A DNA stretch of 64,000 nt from Candidatus Saccharimonadota bacterium (GTDB taxonomy: Bacteria; Patescibacteriota; Saccharimonadia; Saccharimonadales; AWTP1-31). Below are positions 1 through 9,620 of this stretch, in pieces. The stretch is taken from positions 50,890 to 114,889 of the forward strand of contig RXKC01000003.1 in the NCBI GenBank assembly GCA_003962975.1, written 5' to 3'. Within the stretch, counting starts at the first letter, position 1; each line of letters starts with the position of its first letter. The translations under genes were made by a program, and so were the position numbers. Below the pieces are notes generated by a model, which worked only from the letters and a program-made list of their open reading frames with translations, was not told the origin of the DNA and made no database searches.

Positions 1-864
1 CGTCAATGCTTCGCCTAGTGCAACAGCAATAGCTGCAGTTTGGTGGTTATGGGGGCCACCTTGCAGACCAGGAATGATCGCTCGGTCGATGAGGGATGGG
101 ATGTTCTCGACAGTTCGTTCTGGTTTTTTGAGAGGGTTAGATGGATTGCCATTAGCCAAGATGAGTGCACCGCGTGGACCACGGAGTGTTTTGTGTGTGG
201 TGGTCATAGTCACATCGACGATACCAATTGGCGATGGATGTACTCCTGCAACCACCAGACCAGCAATGTGCGAGATGTCGGCCGCCAAGAAAGCACCAAC
301 GCTGTCGGCAATCTTACGCAGCTTCTGCCAGTCGATGATACGTGGATAAGCAGTGGTACCGGCGATGATTAGCTTTGGTTTTTCCTGCAAGGCGAGTTCG
401 GCAATTGCGTCATAGTCTAGAAAGCCATCTTTGTCGGTAGTGTACTGTACAGAATTGTAAGTAGTACCAGAGAAGTTAACCTTCAAGCCATGCGTCATGT
501 GGCCACCGTAAAATAGACTCAGACCCATAACAGTGTCGCCTGGATCAACTAATGCAAAATAAATAGCTTGGTTTGCCGGGCTGCCAGAATAGGCCTGTAC
601 GTTTGCATGTGATACGCCAAAAAGTTCTTTAGCACGATCACGGGCAATGTTTTCGACTTGGTCGACAAATTCACAGCCACCATAGTAGCGCTGGCCCGGG
701 TAGCCCTCTGAATATTTGTCGGTGAGTCGACTGCCGAGTGCGGCGAGCACATCTGCTGACGTGTGGTTCTCGCTCGGGATCATCTCGAGACCCTCGACCT
801 GTCGTTTAGTTTCGGCCTTGATCAGTTTCTCAATAGCCTTATCTTTCATACTTGCTTGAGTCAT
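1..864 (-). CDS. glyA: serine hydroxymethyltransferase, N-terminal ~288 codons (3' part lies beyond the window start)
   Basis: Own reverse-strand translation from the ATG at 864: MTQASMKDKAIEKLIKAETKRQVEGLEMIPSENHTSADVLAALGSRLTDKYSEGYPGQRYYGGCEFVD ... TTHKTLRGPRG. These are classic SHMT motifs, including the PLP-lysine context. It is absent from the ORF track because it is open at the window edge. Confidence 0.95.
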   Translation of the reverse strand, partial: MTQASMKDKAIEKLIKAETKRQVEGLEMIPSENHTSADVLAALGSRLTDKYSEGYPGQRYYGGCEFVDQVENIARDRAKELFGVSHANVQAYSGSPANQAIYFALVDPGDTVMGLSLFYGGHMTHGLKVNFSGTTYNSVQYTTDKDGFLDYDAIAELALQEKPKLIIAGTTAYPRIIDWQKLRKIADSVGAFLAADISHIAGLVVAGVHPSPIGIVDVTMTTTHKTLRGPRGALILANGNPSNPLKKPERTVENIPSLIDRAIIPGLQGGPHNHQTAAIAVALGEALT

Positions 865-1099
865 AGTTGTTACCCCTCTATATCTCTAAGTTTTGTTGCT
901 TCGCTCGCGCCAAAAAGTTCTCTCTTACTTTTTGGCAGTGGTTATCGGGCGTAGCTAGATCATGTACTAATGTTACTGCATCTTTTCCAAAGTGAATACG
1001 GTAATAAATGCTACACCCCAAGAGCGTCACCTCGCCCAAGACTTGTCTTAGACAGTCTGTATGCAATACTGGTAGTAACGTTATCCATAAGGAATTCAT

Positions 1100-1858
1100 A
1101 TGAACGCTGAAAAAGTAAAAAAACTGACCATGCAGGTTATGATTGGCTCGCTGATCGTAGCAGCTCTTATTGCAGTAGTAGCGGTTTTAGCGGGCAGTTT
1201 TAATGACACATTCGGTAAAGCGCTCGGCACATTATTCCTGGTTATGCTGCATTCGCTGACAAGCTTGAGTTTTCTGGGCCAAACCTTACATGAAAATCGT
1301 GCCTTCAAATTCTTTGAAAACACTATTTTTGCTCTCATTATTATGAGTTTCTTTACGTCAGTACTGGGTGTATGGTCGTTACTAGACGGCGAAACTGTGG
1401 GCAAACTTTACATGACGTACGCAGTATTATTCTTTGCCAGTTTACATGGGCAAATGCTGTGGAGCACCAGAGGTAAAGAGCCTAAAATCGACGCCATTGT
1501 TACCGTAAACTACGTCTTTATGGTCGCAGTTATCCTGCTTTTACTACCTCCAATCTGGGTAGACAACGGCGACTTCCCATCAGTGTATTACCGCATCCTA
1601 GCTGCCCTGGGCATTATCGATGCGACGCTGACTATACTGGCTGTCATTCAACATCGTATGTACATGCAAAAACATCCTGAACTACAGAGCCCGATCTATA
1701 ATGTCCCTGTCGCCTATGACGCCAAGGGCAAGCCGCTCCCGGCACCAGCTGGACAAAAGCGACACTTTCACCCGCTAATATGGTTACTCGGGTTATTTAT
1801 CGTTGGACAAGTGGTACTACCGCTGATTTACCTGTTCTTCAACGCTATTAGTCAATAA
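1100..1858 (+). CDS. polytopic membrane protein, unknown function
   Basis: 252-aa ORF with at least 6 hydrophobic segments and no recognisable catalytic motif. Confidence 0.6.
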   Translation: MNAEKVKKLTMQVMIGSLIVAALIAVVAVLAGSFNDTFGKALGTLFLVMLHSLTSLSFLGQTLHENRAFKFFENTIFALIIMSFFTSVLGVWSLLDGETVGKLYMTYAVLFFASLHGQMLWSTRGKEPKIDAIVTVNYVFMVAVILLLLPPIWVDNGDFPSVYYRILAALGIIDATLTILAVIQHRMYMQKHPELQSPIYNVPVAYDAKGKPLPAPAGQKRHFHPLIWLLGLFIVGQVVLPLIYLFFNAISQ

Positions 1859-1937
1859 TAGCCCGTCCGTGAGATACCTCTTGTGGTAAATGTCAATATT
1901 GACCTTTATATCGTCCGGAGTATACTAACCGCTGATT

Positions 1938-3461
1938 ATGTCGACAACCAATGAGAAAATTGGCCAACTTATTTATCAGATAAGGCAAGATCGAGGCCTT
2001 ACTCAAGCTGCCTTTGCCAAGCAATTAGGTACCAGCCAGTCGGCGGTAAACCGTATTGAGCACGGCAAGCAAAACCTAAGCCTCGAAACTCTCGGTCGTA
2101 TCAGCGATGTGTTAAATAAGCCAATCATTCAGATTGGTGAAGGTGGCATTAACTTACGTGTTGAGGGTGGTCATGAATTGCACGGCAGTATTACCCTAAA
2201 AAAGAGTAAAAACGCCGCTGTCGCCCTGCTCTGCGCTAGCTTGTTGAATCACGGCATTACTCGCATCAAGTCTTTCCCTCGTATCGAAGAAGTTAACCGC
2301 ATTATCGAAGTGCTCGAAAGTATTGGCGTCAAAGTAAAGTGGTTACCCAATAATGACATCGAGATCCGTCGGCCAGCTAAGCTGGACATGGAAAAAATGG
2401 ATGCACCAGCTGCCCGCAAAACCCGCAGCGTACTGATGCTGCTGGGGCCATTGATGCACGAATTAACTAGCTTCAAGATCCCCTACGCCGGTGGCTGTAA
2501 GCTTGGCACCCGCACGGTTGAACCACATTTGCTAGCACTCGAGCAGTTTGGTGTAGGCGTCATCGCTCGTACTGGTCACTACGAAGTAGTGGTTGATAAA
2601 AAGAAACCCGTTGACCATGTCGTACTGTATGAAGCCGGTAACACTGTTACTAACAATGCCCTCATGGCAGCCGCTCGAACCAACGGCACAACCGTCATTC
2701 ACGGAGCTAGCGCTGACTATATGGTGCAAGATCTCTGCATGTTCTTAAAGCGCCTAGGCGTCAAAATCAGTGGTATTGGTTCATCGGTACTTACTATTGA
2801 AGGTACCGGGCCAATCAAAAAGAATATTACATTTGAGCCAACTGAAGATCCTATTGAGGCTATGTTCTTTATTTCTGCTGCTATTACCACTAATTCCCAC
2901 ATTACGATCAAGCGTGTGCCGATTGACTGGATTGCCCTCGAGCTCTTTAAGCTAAAGGTCATGGGCCTGAACTATAAGGCCAGCAAACGCTACCCTGCAG
3001 CCAATGACGTAACTGAGTTAGTTGATCTCGAAATTAATAAGCACAATGGCAATTTGGTCGCTCCGCGAGATAAATTGCACCCTAATTTGTGGCCAGGTAT
3101 TAACCCTGACAACATCCCCTATTTCGTCCCAATCGTCGCCGTTGCCAAAGGACGGACCCTGATTCATGACTGGATTTTTGAGAACCGCGCTATTTATTAC
3201 ACCGAGCTTACAAAGATCGGTGCCAACATCGAGTTAGCTGATCCACATCGTATTTACGTACATGGTCCAACTAAGTTTACAAAGGCAGATGTTGTCTGTC
3301 CGCCGGCCCTGCGTCCTGCCAGCTTGCTACTGATCGGTATGCTCGCCGCTGAAGGCACATCGATACTCCGTAACGTCTATACTATTAACAGAGGTTATGA
3401 AGATCTGGCCGAGCGATTGAACAGTCTTGGTGCATCGATAACCGTCCTTCACGAAATTTAA
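1938..3461 (+). CDS. murA: XRE-type HTH domain fused to UDP-N-acetylglucosamine 1-carboxyvinyltransferase (MurA/EPSP-synthase fold)
   Basis: Residues 8-62 (IRQDRGLTQAAFAKQLGTSQSAVNRIEHGKQNLSLETL) form an XRE/Cro HTH. The rest aligns to MurA: SKNAAVALLCASLL (Lys22 region), YAGGCKLGTRTVEPHL (catalytic Cys115/Arg120 loop) and IHDWIFENRAIYYTEL. It is one uninterrupted frame. Confidence 0.85.
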   Translation: MSTTNEKIGQLIYQIRQDRGLTQAAFAKQLGTSQSAVNRIEHGKQNLSLETLGRISDVLNKPIIQIGEGGINLRVEGGHELHGSITLKKSKNAAVALLCASLLNHGITRIKSFPRIEEVNRIIEVLESIGVKVKWLPNNDIEIRRPAKLDMEKMDAPAARKTRSVLMLLGPLMHELTSFKIPYAGGCKLGTRTVEPHLLALEQFGVGVIARTGHYEVVVDKKKPVDHVVLYEAGNTVTNNALMAAARTNGTTVIHGASADYMVQDLCMFLKRLGVKISGIGSSVLTIEGTGPIKKNITFEPTEDPIEAMFFISAAITTNSHITIKRVPIDWIALELFKLKVMGLNYKASKRYPAANDVTELVDLEINKHNGNLVAPRDKLHPNLWPGINPDNIPYFVPIVAVAKGRTLIHDWIFENRAIYYTELTKIGANIELADPHRIYVHGPTKFTKADVVCPPALRPASLLLIGMLAAEGTSILRNVYTINRGYEDLAERLNSLGASITVLHEI

Positions 3462-3554
3462 GCATAAGCGTGTTAAATATTATACTTGCATTTATCGCAA
3501 GTTAGTGAGATATTTCATAGCATATATAACGGGTGGGAAAATAGGAGAACTGCT

Positions 3555-6500
3555 ATGGTGCGACTGGGAGCCCGTTCGTTCAAAACAAAAACACTACTTT
3601 CAAGAGTAAAAAACACCGCGATTGCTGGTGTGTTTGCCGTGGTACAGCTTACACCTGCCGTTGTGCTGCCTGCCAAAGCAGCTGCAGCTACAACAGCGCC
3701 AACCAACCCAACCCTTACACAGGCTTGTGGTTTGGATATTGCCCTCGTTATCGATAACTCAAACAGTATTGATAATGGCGAAATGACCCAGATCAAGAAT
3801 GCCATGACTGGCTTTACCAACGCGCTTAACGGCACCCCTACCCAGTTCTCCGTTACTCGCTTTGGGACATCTGCAACTGTTTTGCGTAACTTTACTGCCA
3901 ACGTAGGCAATGTAAACAGTTCAATCAATGGCATCTCAACCGGTGGTGGTGGTACAAACTGGGAAGATGGTCTTCTCAAAGCCAGCGGCACCTTTGACCC
4001 ACGTGCCGACAAGCCAAACCTAGTAATCTTTGCTTCCGACGGTAACCCAACTTACCGAAACGACGGCAACGGCGGCATTGACGGAAACGGTTCAAGCGAT
4101 CCACTTGGCTACAACCTAGATAATGCTGTAGTTCGTGCCAACGCTATTAAAAGTGCAGGCACCCGTATCCTCGCTCTTGGTATCGGTGACGACCTAGATG
4201 TCAACAACCTCAAAGCTATTTCTGGCCCTAACGCCAACACCGGCAATGTTTTGACCTCTGACGTTATCACATCTAACTTTGCAACTCTTGCAAGCGACCT
4301 AGCTGCATTTGCACAGCAAACCTGTGGTGGCACCATTACAACTCAGAAGCTTATCGATGCCGACGGCAATCCTAACACTACAGACGATCGCACTCCTGCA
4401 GCTGGATGGACCTTTGATATCAACGGTTCACCAAGCAACCCTGCTGCTGAAGCTACTGCTGGCGTAAATGGTCAAACTTCAGCTGTGAAAGTACAAGCTG
4501 GTACATACAGTGTCAACGAAACTCCACAAGCCGGTTACGACATCCTGTCAGCAAGCTGTACTGGTGCCAATGCCAATGGCTCGCGTCAAGGCAACAGCAT
4601 CGTAGGTATTACTGTTGCTGATAGCAACATCGTCTCTTGCGTATTCGTCAACGCACCAAGCAAAGGCAGCGTAAAAGTCGACAAGAAACTCGACCTTGAC
4701 GGCGACGGTACATACGAAAGCGGCAACAGCGAAGCTCAAGCACGTAACATTTTCTGGAACCTCGACGGTGGCAGTAACACAACTTTTGGCGGTACTATCA
4801 GCAACGTTGCTGTTGGTAGCCACACCGTAAACGAAACAAGCGTCGTTGGCTACCACTTCACTGGCTGGTACCCAACCATGAATACACAGCAGCAGTCATG
4901 CGCTAACCCAGCTGGCACTACACTACCAGTAAATATCACTGTAAATTCTGGTGTCGCTACAGCCATTACTCTCTGTAATCAGCGTGATACCGGTAACCTA
5001 AAAGTTGTTAAGAAAGTCATTAATAATAATGGTGGTACTGCAGATGCAGATGACTTCACCCTCTATGTTAAAAAAGGTAGCACCAACGTAAGTGATAGCC
5101 CTGCAGCCGGCTCAGCGAGCGGCAAAACCTACAAGCTTCCTACCGATACGTACACCGTCAGCGAAGACGCCAAGACTGGCTATGCGCAGACTTCACTGGT
5201 TTGTAAAGATGATGTTACCGGCAATACTGTTACTCACCCTGTAGTGTTGGCTCGTGACCAAAAAGTCACCTGTACAATCACGAATGACGACAAAGCCCCA
5301 ACAGTTACCGTTACGAAAAAAGTAGTTAACCCATATGGTGTCCCACTTTCACCAACTGCCTTCCCTCTATACATCGATGGCACACCTGTTGTCAGCGGCA
5401 CTCCCTACACACAGTTCAACGCTGGCTGGCGAACTATTAGCGAAGATCAGCAGACCGGTTATGAGTTTGGTGGTGTGAGCGGCGACTGTCAGTATGGCAA
5501 CGACGTTATAAGCATCTTGCTCAGCCTTGATGCTCACGCAACCTGCACCATTACCAACACAGCCATTCAGCCAAAACTAATTGTTAAAAAGAAAGTCATC
5601 AACGATAACAGTGGCACAAAATCTGCTAGCGACTTCACCATGGTTGTTAGCGGCAACAGTGCCGTAGTACCAAACTTCCCTGGTAGCAGCTTTGGTCAGA
5701 GCGTTGGCCTCAACGAAGGCAGCTACAATGTCACCGAACTTGGCGCCGAAGGCTACAACGCCAGCTTCAGCGCCGACTGTTCAGGCACAATCAGTGTTGG
5801 CCAAACCAAGACTTGTGTCATCACGAACAATGACAAAGCAAACCCAAGCATTCACGTTGAGAAGTTCGGCCCAGGCACTGCACACGAAGGTGACGAGATC
5901 GTATACGTGTTCAAGGTAACCAACACCGGTGATACCACACTTGATAATGTAAACATCAGTGACGACATCGCATCTAACGAAACCTGTGACGATACCTCCC
6001 TGAACATTGGACAAACAACGACCTGTACTGCCACGTACACCGTACCAAGCCCACAGATTGCACACGTCGTAAACACCGTAACCGCTGAAGGCACTGACCC
6101 AGACGACACCACTGTTACTGATACTGACGACCACATCATGGACGTACTACATCCATCTATTAACGTCGAAAAGACTGGTCCTAACAGCGCCAACGCTGGC
6201 GACACCGTTACGTACACCTTTACGGTTACCAACACCGGCGATGTACCACTCAGCATCTACAGCGTCGAAGACAGCATCACTGGTGACGGTGAGTACGTCA
6301 GTGGCGACACCAACCTTAACGATGTTCTAGACCTAGACGAAACATGGATCTTTACGGGCAAATACACCATCCCGGTCAAGCAAACTGCACCAGTAGTTAA
6401 CACTGTTACAGCTTGCGGCTACGAGCAGTATTACTACGATGAAGAAGATGACCGAGATGACGTCCTAGAGCGACTCGTGATTCAAGATGACTTGCCAATT

Positions 6501-6713
6501 GCTCTGCCACCAGCAAACGCTCGTGACTGTGCAAGCGATAGCCACACTCTGACCATTAACCAAGTCCTCGGTGCAAGCATTAGCACACCTACACTAGCCG
6601 TAACCGGACAAGCCGTTAGTCAGACAACACTGGTTGCGTTGTTCGTAACTAGCACCCTGCTTGTTGCAGCTGCACTACGTGGTCAGCGAAATACCAAAAC
6701 AGACGAAGCATAA
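3555..6713 (+). CDS. large cell-surface adhesin: signal peptide, vWA domain, tandem prealbumin/SpaA-like domains, two DUF11-type repeats, LAVTG sorting signal
   Basis: ATG at 3555 is preceded by GGAGA, and is preferred over the TTG at 3486. The vWA MIDAS motif is DIALVIDNSNSID. Three ~95-aa repeats follow the pattern L.V.KKV.N.NGG...DF.L.V...Y.V.E...GY....C...C.ITN.DK. DUF11-like repeats are VEKxGPxxAxxGDxVxYxFxVTNTGD. The C-terminus has LAVTG (nt 6594-6608), a hydrophobic helix and RGQRNTK. Confidence 0.8.
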   Translation: MVRLGARSFKTKTLLSRVKNTAIAGVFAVVQLTPAVVLPAKAAAATTAPTNPTLTQACGLDIALVIDNSNSIDNGEMTQIKNAMTGFTNALNGTPTQFSVTRFGTSATVLRNFTANVGNVNSSINGISTGGGGTNWEDGLLKASGTFDPRADKPNLVIFASDGNPTYRNDGNGGIDGNGSSDPLGYNLDNAVVRANAIKSAGTRILALGIGDDLDVNNLKAISGPNANTGNVLTSDVITSNFATLASDLAAFAQQTCGGTITTQKLIDADGNPNTTDDRTPAAGWTFDINGSPSNPAAEATAGVNGQTSAVKVQAGTYSVNETPQAGYDILSASCTGANANGSRQGNSIVGITVADSNIVSCVFVNAPSKGSVKVDKKLDLDGDGTYESGNSEAQARNIFWNLDGGSNTTFGGTISNVAVGSHTVNETSVVGYHFTGWYPTMNTQQQSCANPAGTTLPVNITVNSGVATAITLCNQRDTGNLKVVKKVINNNGGTADADDFTLYVKKGSTNVSDSPAAGSASGKTYKLPTDTYTVSEDAKTGYAQTSLVCKDDVTGNTVTHPVVLARDQKVTCTITNDDKAPTVTVTKKVVNPYGVPLSPTAFPLYIDGTPVVSGTPYTQFNAGWRTISEDQQTGYEFGGVSGDCQYGNDVISILLSLDAHATCTITNTAIQPKLIVKKKVINDNSGTKSASDFTMVVSGNSAVVPNFPGSSFGQSVGLNEGSYNVTELGAEGYNASFSADCSGTISVGQTKTCVITNNDKANPSIHVEKFGPGTAHEGDEIVYVFKVTNTGDTTLDNVNISDDIASNETCDDTSLNIGQTTTCTATYTVPSPQIAHVVNTVTAEGTDPDDTTVTDTDDHIMDVLHPSINVEKTGPNSANAGDTVTYTFTVTNTGDVPLSIYSVEDSITGDGEYVSGDTNLNDVLDLDETWIFTGKYTIPVKQTAPVVNTVTACGYEQYYYDEEDDRDDVLERLVIQDDLPIALPPANARDCASDSHTLTINQVLGASISTPTLAVTGQAVSQTTLVALFVTSTLLVAAALRGQRNTKTDEA

Positions 6714-6731
6714 AACACATATCAAAGTACA

Positions 6732-6765
6732 AAAGGCCACCGGAAACGGTGGTCTTTTGCTTTGG
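6732..6765 (+). terminator. rho-independent terminator after the adhesin gene
   Basis: AAAGGCCACCG-GAAA-CGGTGGTCTTT forms an 11-bp stem (one G-U pair) and is followed by TGCTTTGG. Confidence 0.7.
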
Positions 6766-6773
6766 TAAAGCTA

Positions 6774-6802
6774 TTGACAAGCAGCATATATGGTGGTAGT
6801 AT
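6774..6802 (+). promoter_or_regulatory. sigma70-like promoter (TTGACA-N17-TAGTAT) for the GGDEF gene
   Basis: TTGACA at 6774-6779, a 17-nt spacer, then TAGTAT at 6797-6802. The same TTGACA-N17-TAnTAT architecture occurs upstream of tRNA-fMet. Confidence 0.4.
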
Positions 6803-6916
6803 TTTAATGTTTAACACTAGTGATAGTGGTAACAATAATTTTTTCATTGTCAGCTATGAAGCATATTCTTTCATCTGGTCGCTTGGGATATGTGGAGCTA
6901 GTAGCGAATCCACGGC

Positions 6917-7891
6917 ATGGACACACAATGTTGTTTATACCTTGGTACCCGCGACCAGGGATTTTTTATGTCATATAACGAAACACTTCCAGTCGAATCG
7001 AGCGTAGCCGGACAACTCCCTTCTCCATCTCTTGGTATTGGCGAGCTTATGAATGCTAGCCCCGAGCAACAAGTGATTATTAACACTTACTCTGAAGCCT
7101 TTGCAGCTGGGCACGAGCTTGGCAGCCTGCTGGTAGCAGAAAGTATTGCTGAGGTATGGGATGCAAAGGCGCGGCTCGAAGAAAAAGTTACCAACCTTAC
7201 GGCACAACTTGATCTTGATCCAAAACTGGGCGTATTAAACTACACTGCGTTTACAAAAATTGCTCAGGAACTCATCAATGACCCAGATGCCCTCGCCGAT
7301 CGTGAGCACCAAAGTTTTGGACTTTTGGTGATTGATCTTGATGACTTCAAAGCCATTAATACAGCCCTCGGCTATGACCAAGCAGATGCCACATGCCTTA
7401 TCCCAACTGCAGAAATATTGCAGCGTTATTCTCAGCGCTCTGCCGACCTTGCCGGTGCAACAGCCAACCAAGATCCTGAAAAATCGCACACAGCCACCGA
7501 AGACATACCTAGCCATGCGTCAAAAGCTGGACGATTTGGCGGTGAAGAATTCGTGATGCTACTTGCCGGCGTTGACCGTAATGGTTTAACCGCCGTAGCC
7601 GAAAAAATCAAGAAAGAGATAAACGCTATCCGCTACGTTGTAGGCGACGAAGAAAATCAGCTCGGCGTCAGTATCGGCGCGATTGTATTACCTCCCGGTG
7701 CTGACTACACTATCGGTTTCCAACTGGCGACAGAAGCCCAAATGTCGGCCAAATTACACAAAGGCAAAAACCTTGTTGTTATGGCCTCTGCGTATTGTGA
7801 TCTTGTGATCGATGATTTAACGCTTAGAAACCAAATCGAGAGCGAGAGCTCTGACCAAACTGCTGCAACAACTCCTGCTGTTGCCGGCTAA
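6917..7891 (+). CDS. GGDEF-domain diguanylate cyclase (GGEEF active site), start uncertain (6917 or 6968)
   Basis: Motifs [22 protein letters not shown] ... [15 protein letters not shown]. There is no RxxD I-site five residues upstream of GGEEF. The N-terminal ~100 aa are coiled-coil-like with no recognisable sensor domain. Confidence 0.8.
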   Translation: MDTQCCLYLGTRDQGFFMSYNETLPVESSVAGQLPSPSLGIGELMNASPEQQVIINTYSEAFAAGHELGSLLVAESIAEVWDAKARLEEKVTNLTAQLDLDPKLGVLNYTAFTKIAQELINDPDALADREHQSFGLLVIDLDDFKAINTALGYDQADATCLIPTAEILQRYSQRSADLAGATANQDPEKSHTATEDIPSHASKAGRFGGEEFVMLLAGVDRNGLTAVAEKIKKEINAIRYVVGDEENQLGVSIGAIVLPPGADYTIGFQLATEAQMSAKLHKGKNLVVMASAYCDLVIDDLTLRNQIESESSDQTAATTPAVAG

Positions 7892-8933
7892 GCTTGGTAG
7901 GCGTATCAACTATAAGCGTAACAATGTGTGCACCGCGGCCATTACTGCGCAAATGCGGCACGCCATGACCAGATAGTTTAAAATCGGTTCCACTTTGCGT
8001 GCCTGCCGGCACCTTCATGCGTACCGGTCCGTCCACTGTTTGGACATCAATCTCAGTCCCCAATGCAGCTTCTACCATACCAATATGCTCTTCGCTTAAA
8101 ATCAAATCACCTTCACGCGTAAAGTGCTTGTGAGCTTTTACTCGAACGTGCACATACAGGTCACCCTTTGGACCATGAGCCATGGCTTCACCTTGCTCAC
8201 GCAAACGAATAGTTGCACCATCATCTATACCGGCAGGTATCTTAATCTTTATCGATTGTTGCTTAGCCTTGGTACCCTTGCCATGACAAACGCTACAAGC
8301 TTTTTCAGGAACCTTGCCAGTACCTTTACAGGTATGGCACACACTCGCCTGCTGAATATTACCAAAAATGGTCTGCGTCACCCGCATGGTTTGGCCTTGG
8401 CCTTTACACGTATTACACGTCTTTAGCTCATGACCAGGTTCGGCGGTTGTGCCTTTACAGTGCTCACAAGTGTCTTCGAGATTCACATGGATGTCGTGCT
8501 CTTTGCCAAAAATTGCTTCTTCAAATGTCAGGTCAACGTTGGTTTCGACATCACGTCCACGGCTACTGCGACGCTGACCACCACCAGCACCACCGCCAAA
8601 AAAGCTACCAAAAATATCTCCAAGTCCCAGGTCACCAAAGTCAAAGTTAACGTTTTGGCCACCAAAGCCGCCAGCACCACCGCCAAACGGGTTGCCTCCG
8701 TCACTAGCTGCACTCGTGCCGACACCGGCATGCCCAAACTGATCATAACGCTGTCGTTTTCGCTCATCCTTCAGGACTTCGTAGGCCTCGTTGACTTCTT
8801 TAAACTTAGCTTCATCACCGCCTTCTTTGTCAGGGTGATGCGCAACAGCTTTTTTGCGAAAGGCTTTTTTTATCTCGTCATCGCTGGCATCCTTGCCAAC
8901 TCCAAGGACATCATAGTAATCTCGCTTACTCAT
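7824..8933 (-). CDS. dnaJ: molecular chaperone DnaJ
   Basis: J domain (DYYDVLGV...HHPDK), a G/F-rich region, and four CxxCxGxG zinc-finger repeats. Confidence 0.95.
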   Translation of the reverse strand: MSKRDYYDVLGVGKDASDDEIKKAFRKKAVAHHPDKEGGDEAKFKEVNEAYEVLKDERKRQRYDQFGHAGVGTSAASDGGNPFGGGAGGFGGQNVNFDFGDLGLGDIFGSFFGGGAGGGQRRSSRGRDVETNVDLTFEEAIFGKEHDIHVNLEDTCEHCKGTTAEPGHELKTCNTCKGQGQTMRVTQTIFGNIQQASVCHTCKGTGKVPEKACSVCHGKGTKAKQQSIKIKIPAGIDDGATIRLREQGEAMAHGPKGDLYVHVRVKAHKHFTREGDLILSEEHIGMVEAALGTEIDVQTVDGPVRMKVPAGTQSGTDFKLSGHGVPHLRSNGRGAHIVTLIVDTPTKLSRQQQELLQQFGQSSRSRFGF

Positions 8934-9571
8934 TTATTCCCCAGCGCAACCTTAATGCCGAGGGCAATCAATACACCACCAAATACGCGGTCGATATAGT
9001 GCTTCCACTTGCCAACAAGTCCACTGACTCGATTGTGCGACAATACGACCGCGACAAAAGCAAACCACGCAAACGTTATGACAACCATTGCTAGACCGTA
9101 GACAATTTTGGCGATCAAGGCGGTGTCAGGCTGAATGACAGTAGTGAACACAGCCAAAAAGTACATGGTCGCTTTCGGGTTAAGGACATTGGTAATAAAA
9201 CCCATACGAATAGCTTGCGCAGTAGAAAGATCTTTTTTCGGTAAAGCTTTAGGCACGTCAGCCTGATCCTTATCGGCAGTATCAGATGCTTTCTTTGCAA
9301 GTAAGGCTTTAAATCCGATAAAAATCAGATACAACGCACCCGCCCACTTTATGGCGTTAAACAACATGACTGATTGTGAGATAAGCAATCCGATACCTAG
9401 CAGAGAATATAGGACATGCACAATGATACCCAGACCCAAACCCGCTGCCGCTAGTACACCCGTTCGGCGTGAATACACCAAAGAATTCCGTACGACCATA
9501 GCAAAGTCGGGACCAGGGCTCATAACGGCCAGCAAATGAATGCCTGCAATAAGTAGCAAACCTTGTATCAT
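8930..9571 (-). CDS. LysE/RhtB-family amino-acid exporter
   Basis: N-terminal [19 protein letters not shown] signature and a 6-TM layout typical of LysE/RhtB translocators. There is a 4-nt overlap with the dnaJ start. Confidence 0.85.
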   Translation of the reverse strand: MIQGLLLIAGIHLLAVMSPGPDFAMVVRNSLVYSRRTGVLAAAGLGLGIIVHVLYSLLGIGLLISQSVMLFNAIKWAGALYLIFIGFKALLAKKASDTADKDQADVPKALPKKDLSTAQAIRMGFITNVLNPKATMYFLAVFTTVIQPDTALIAKIVYGLAMVVITFAWFAFVAVVLSHNRVSGLVGKWKHYIDRVFGGVLIALGIKVALGNK

Positions 9572-9581
9572 AGGGATTATT

Positions 9582-9608
9582 TTAGCACTTAAGCATGTCG
9601 AGTGCTAG
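9582..9608 (-). promoter_or_regulatory. CIRCE (HrcA operator) between dnaK stop and lysE-like start
   Basis: TTAGCACTT-N9-GAGTGCTAG compared with the consensus TTAGCACTC-N9-GAGTGCTAA; the two arms are 8/9 mutually complementary. Confidence 0.7.
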
Positions 9609-9620
9609 ACAAGCACAGTG

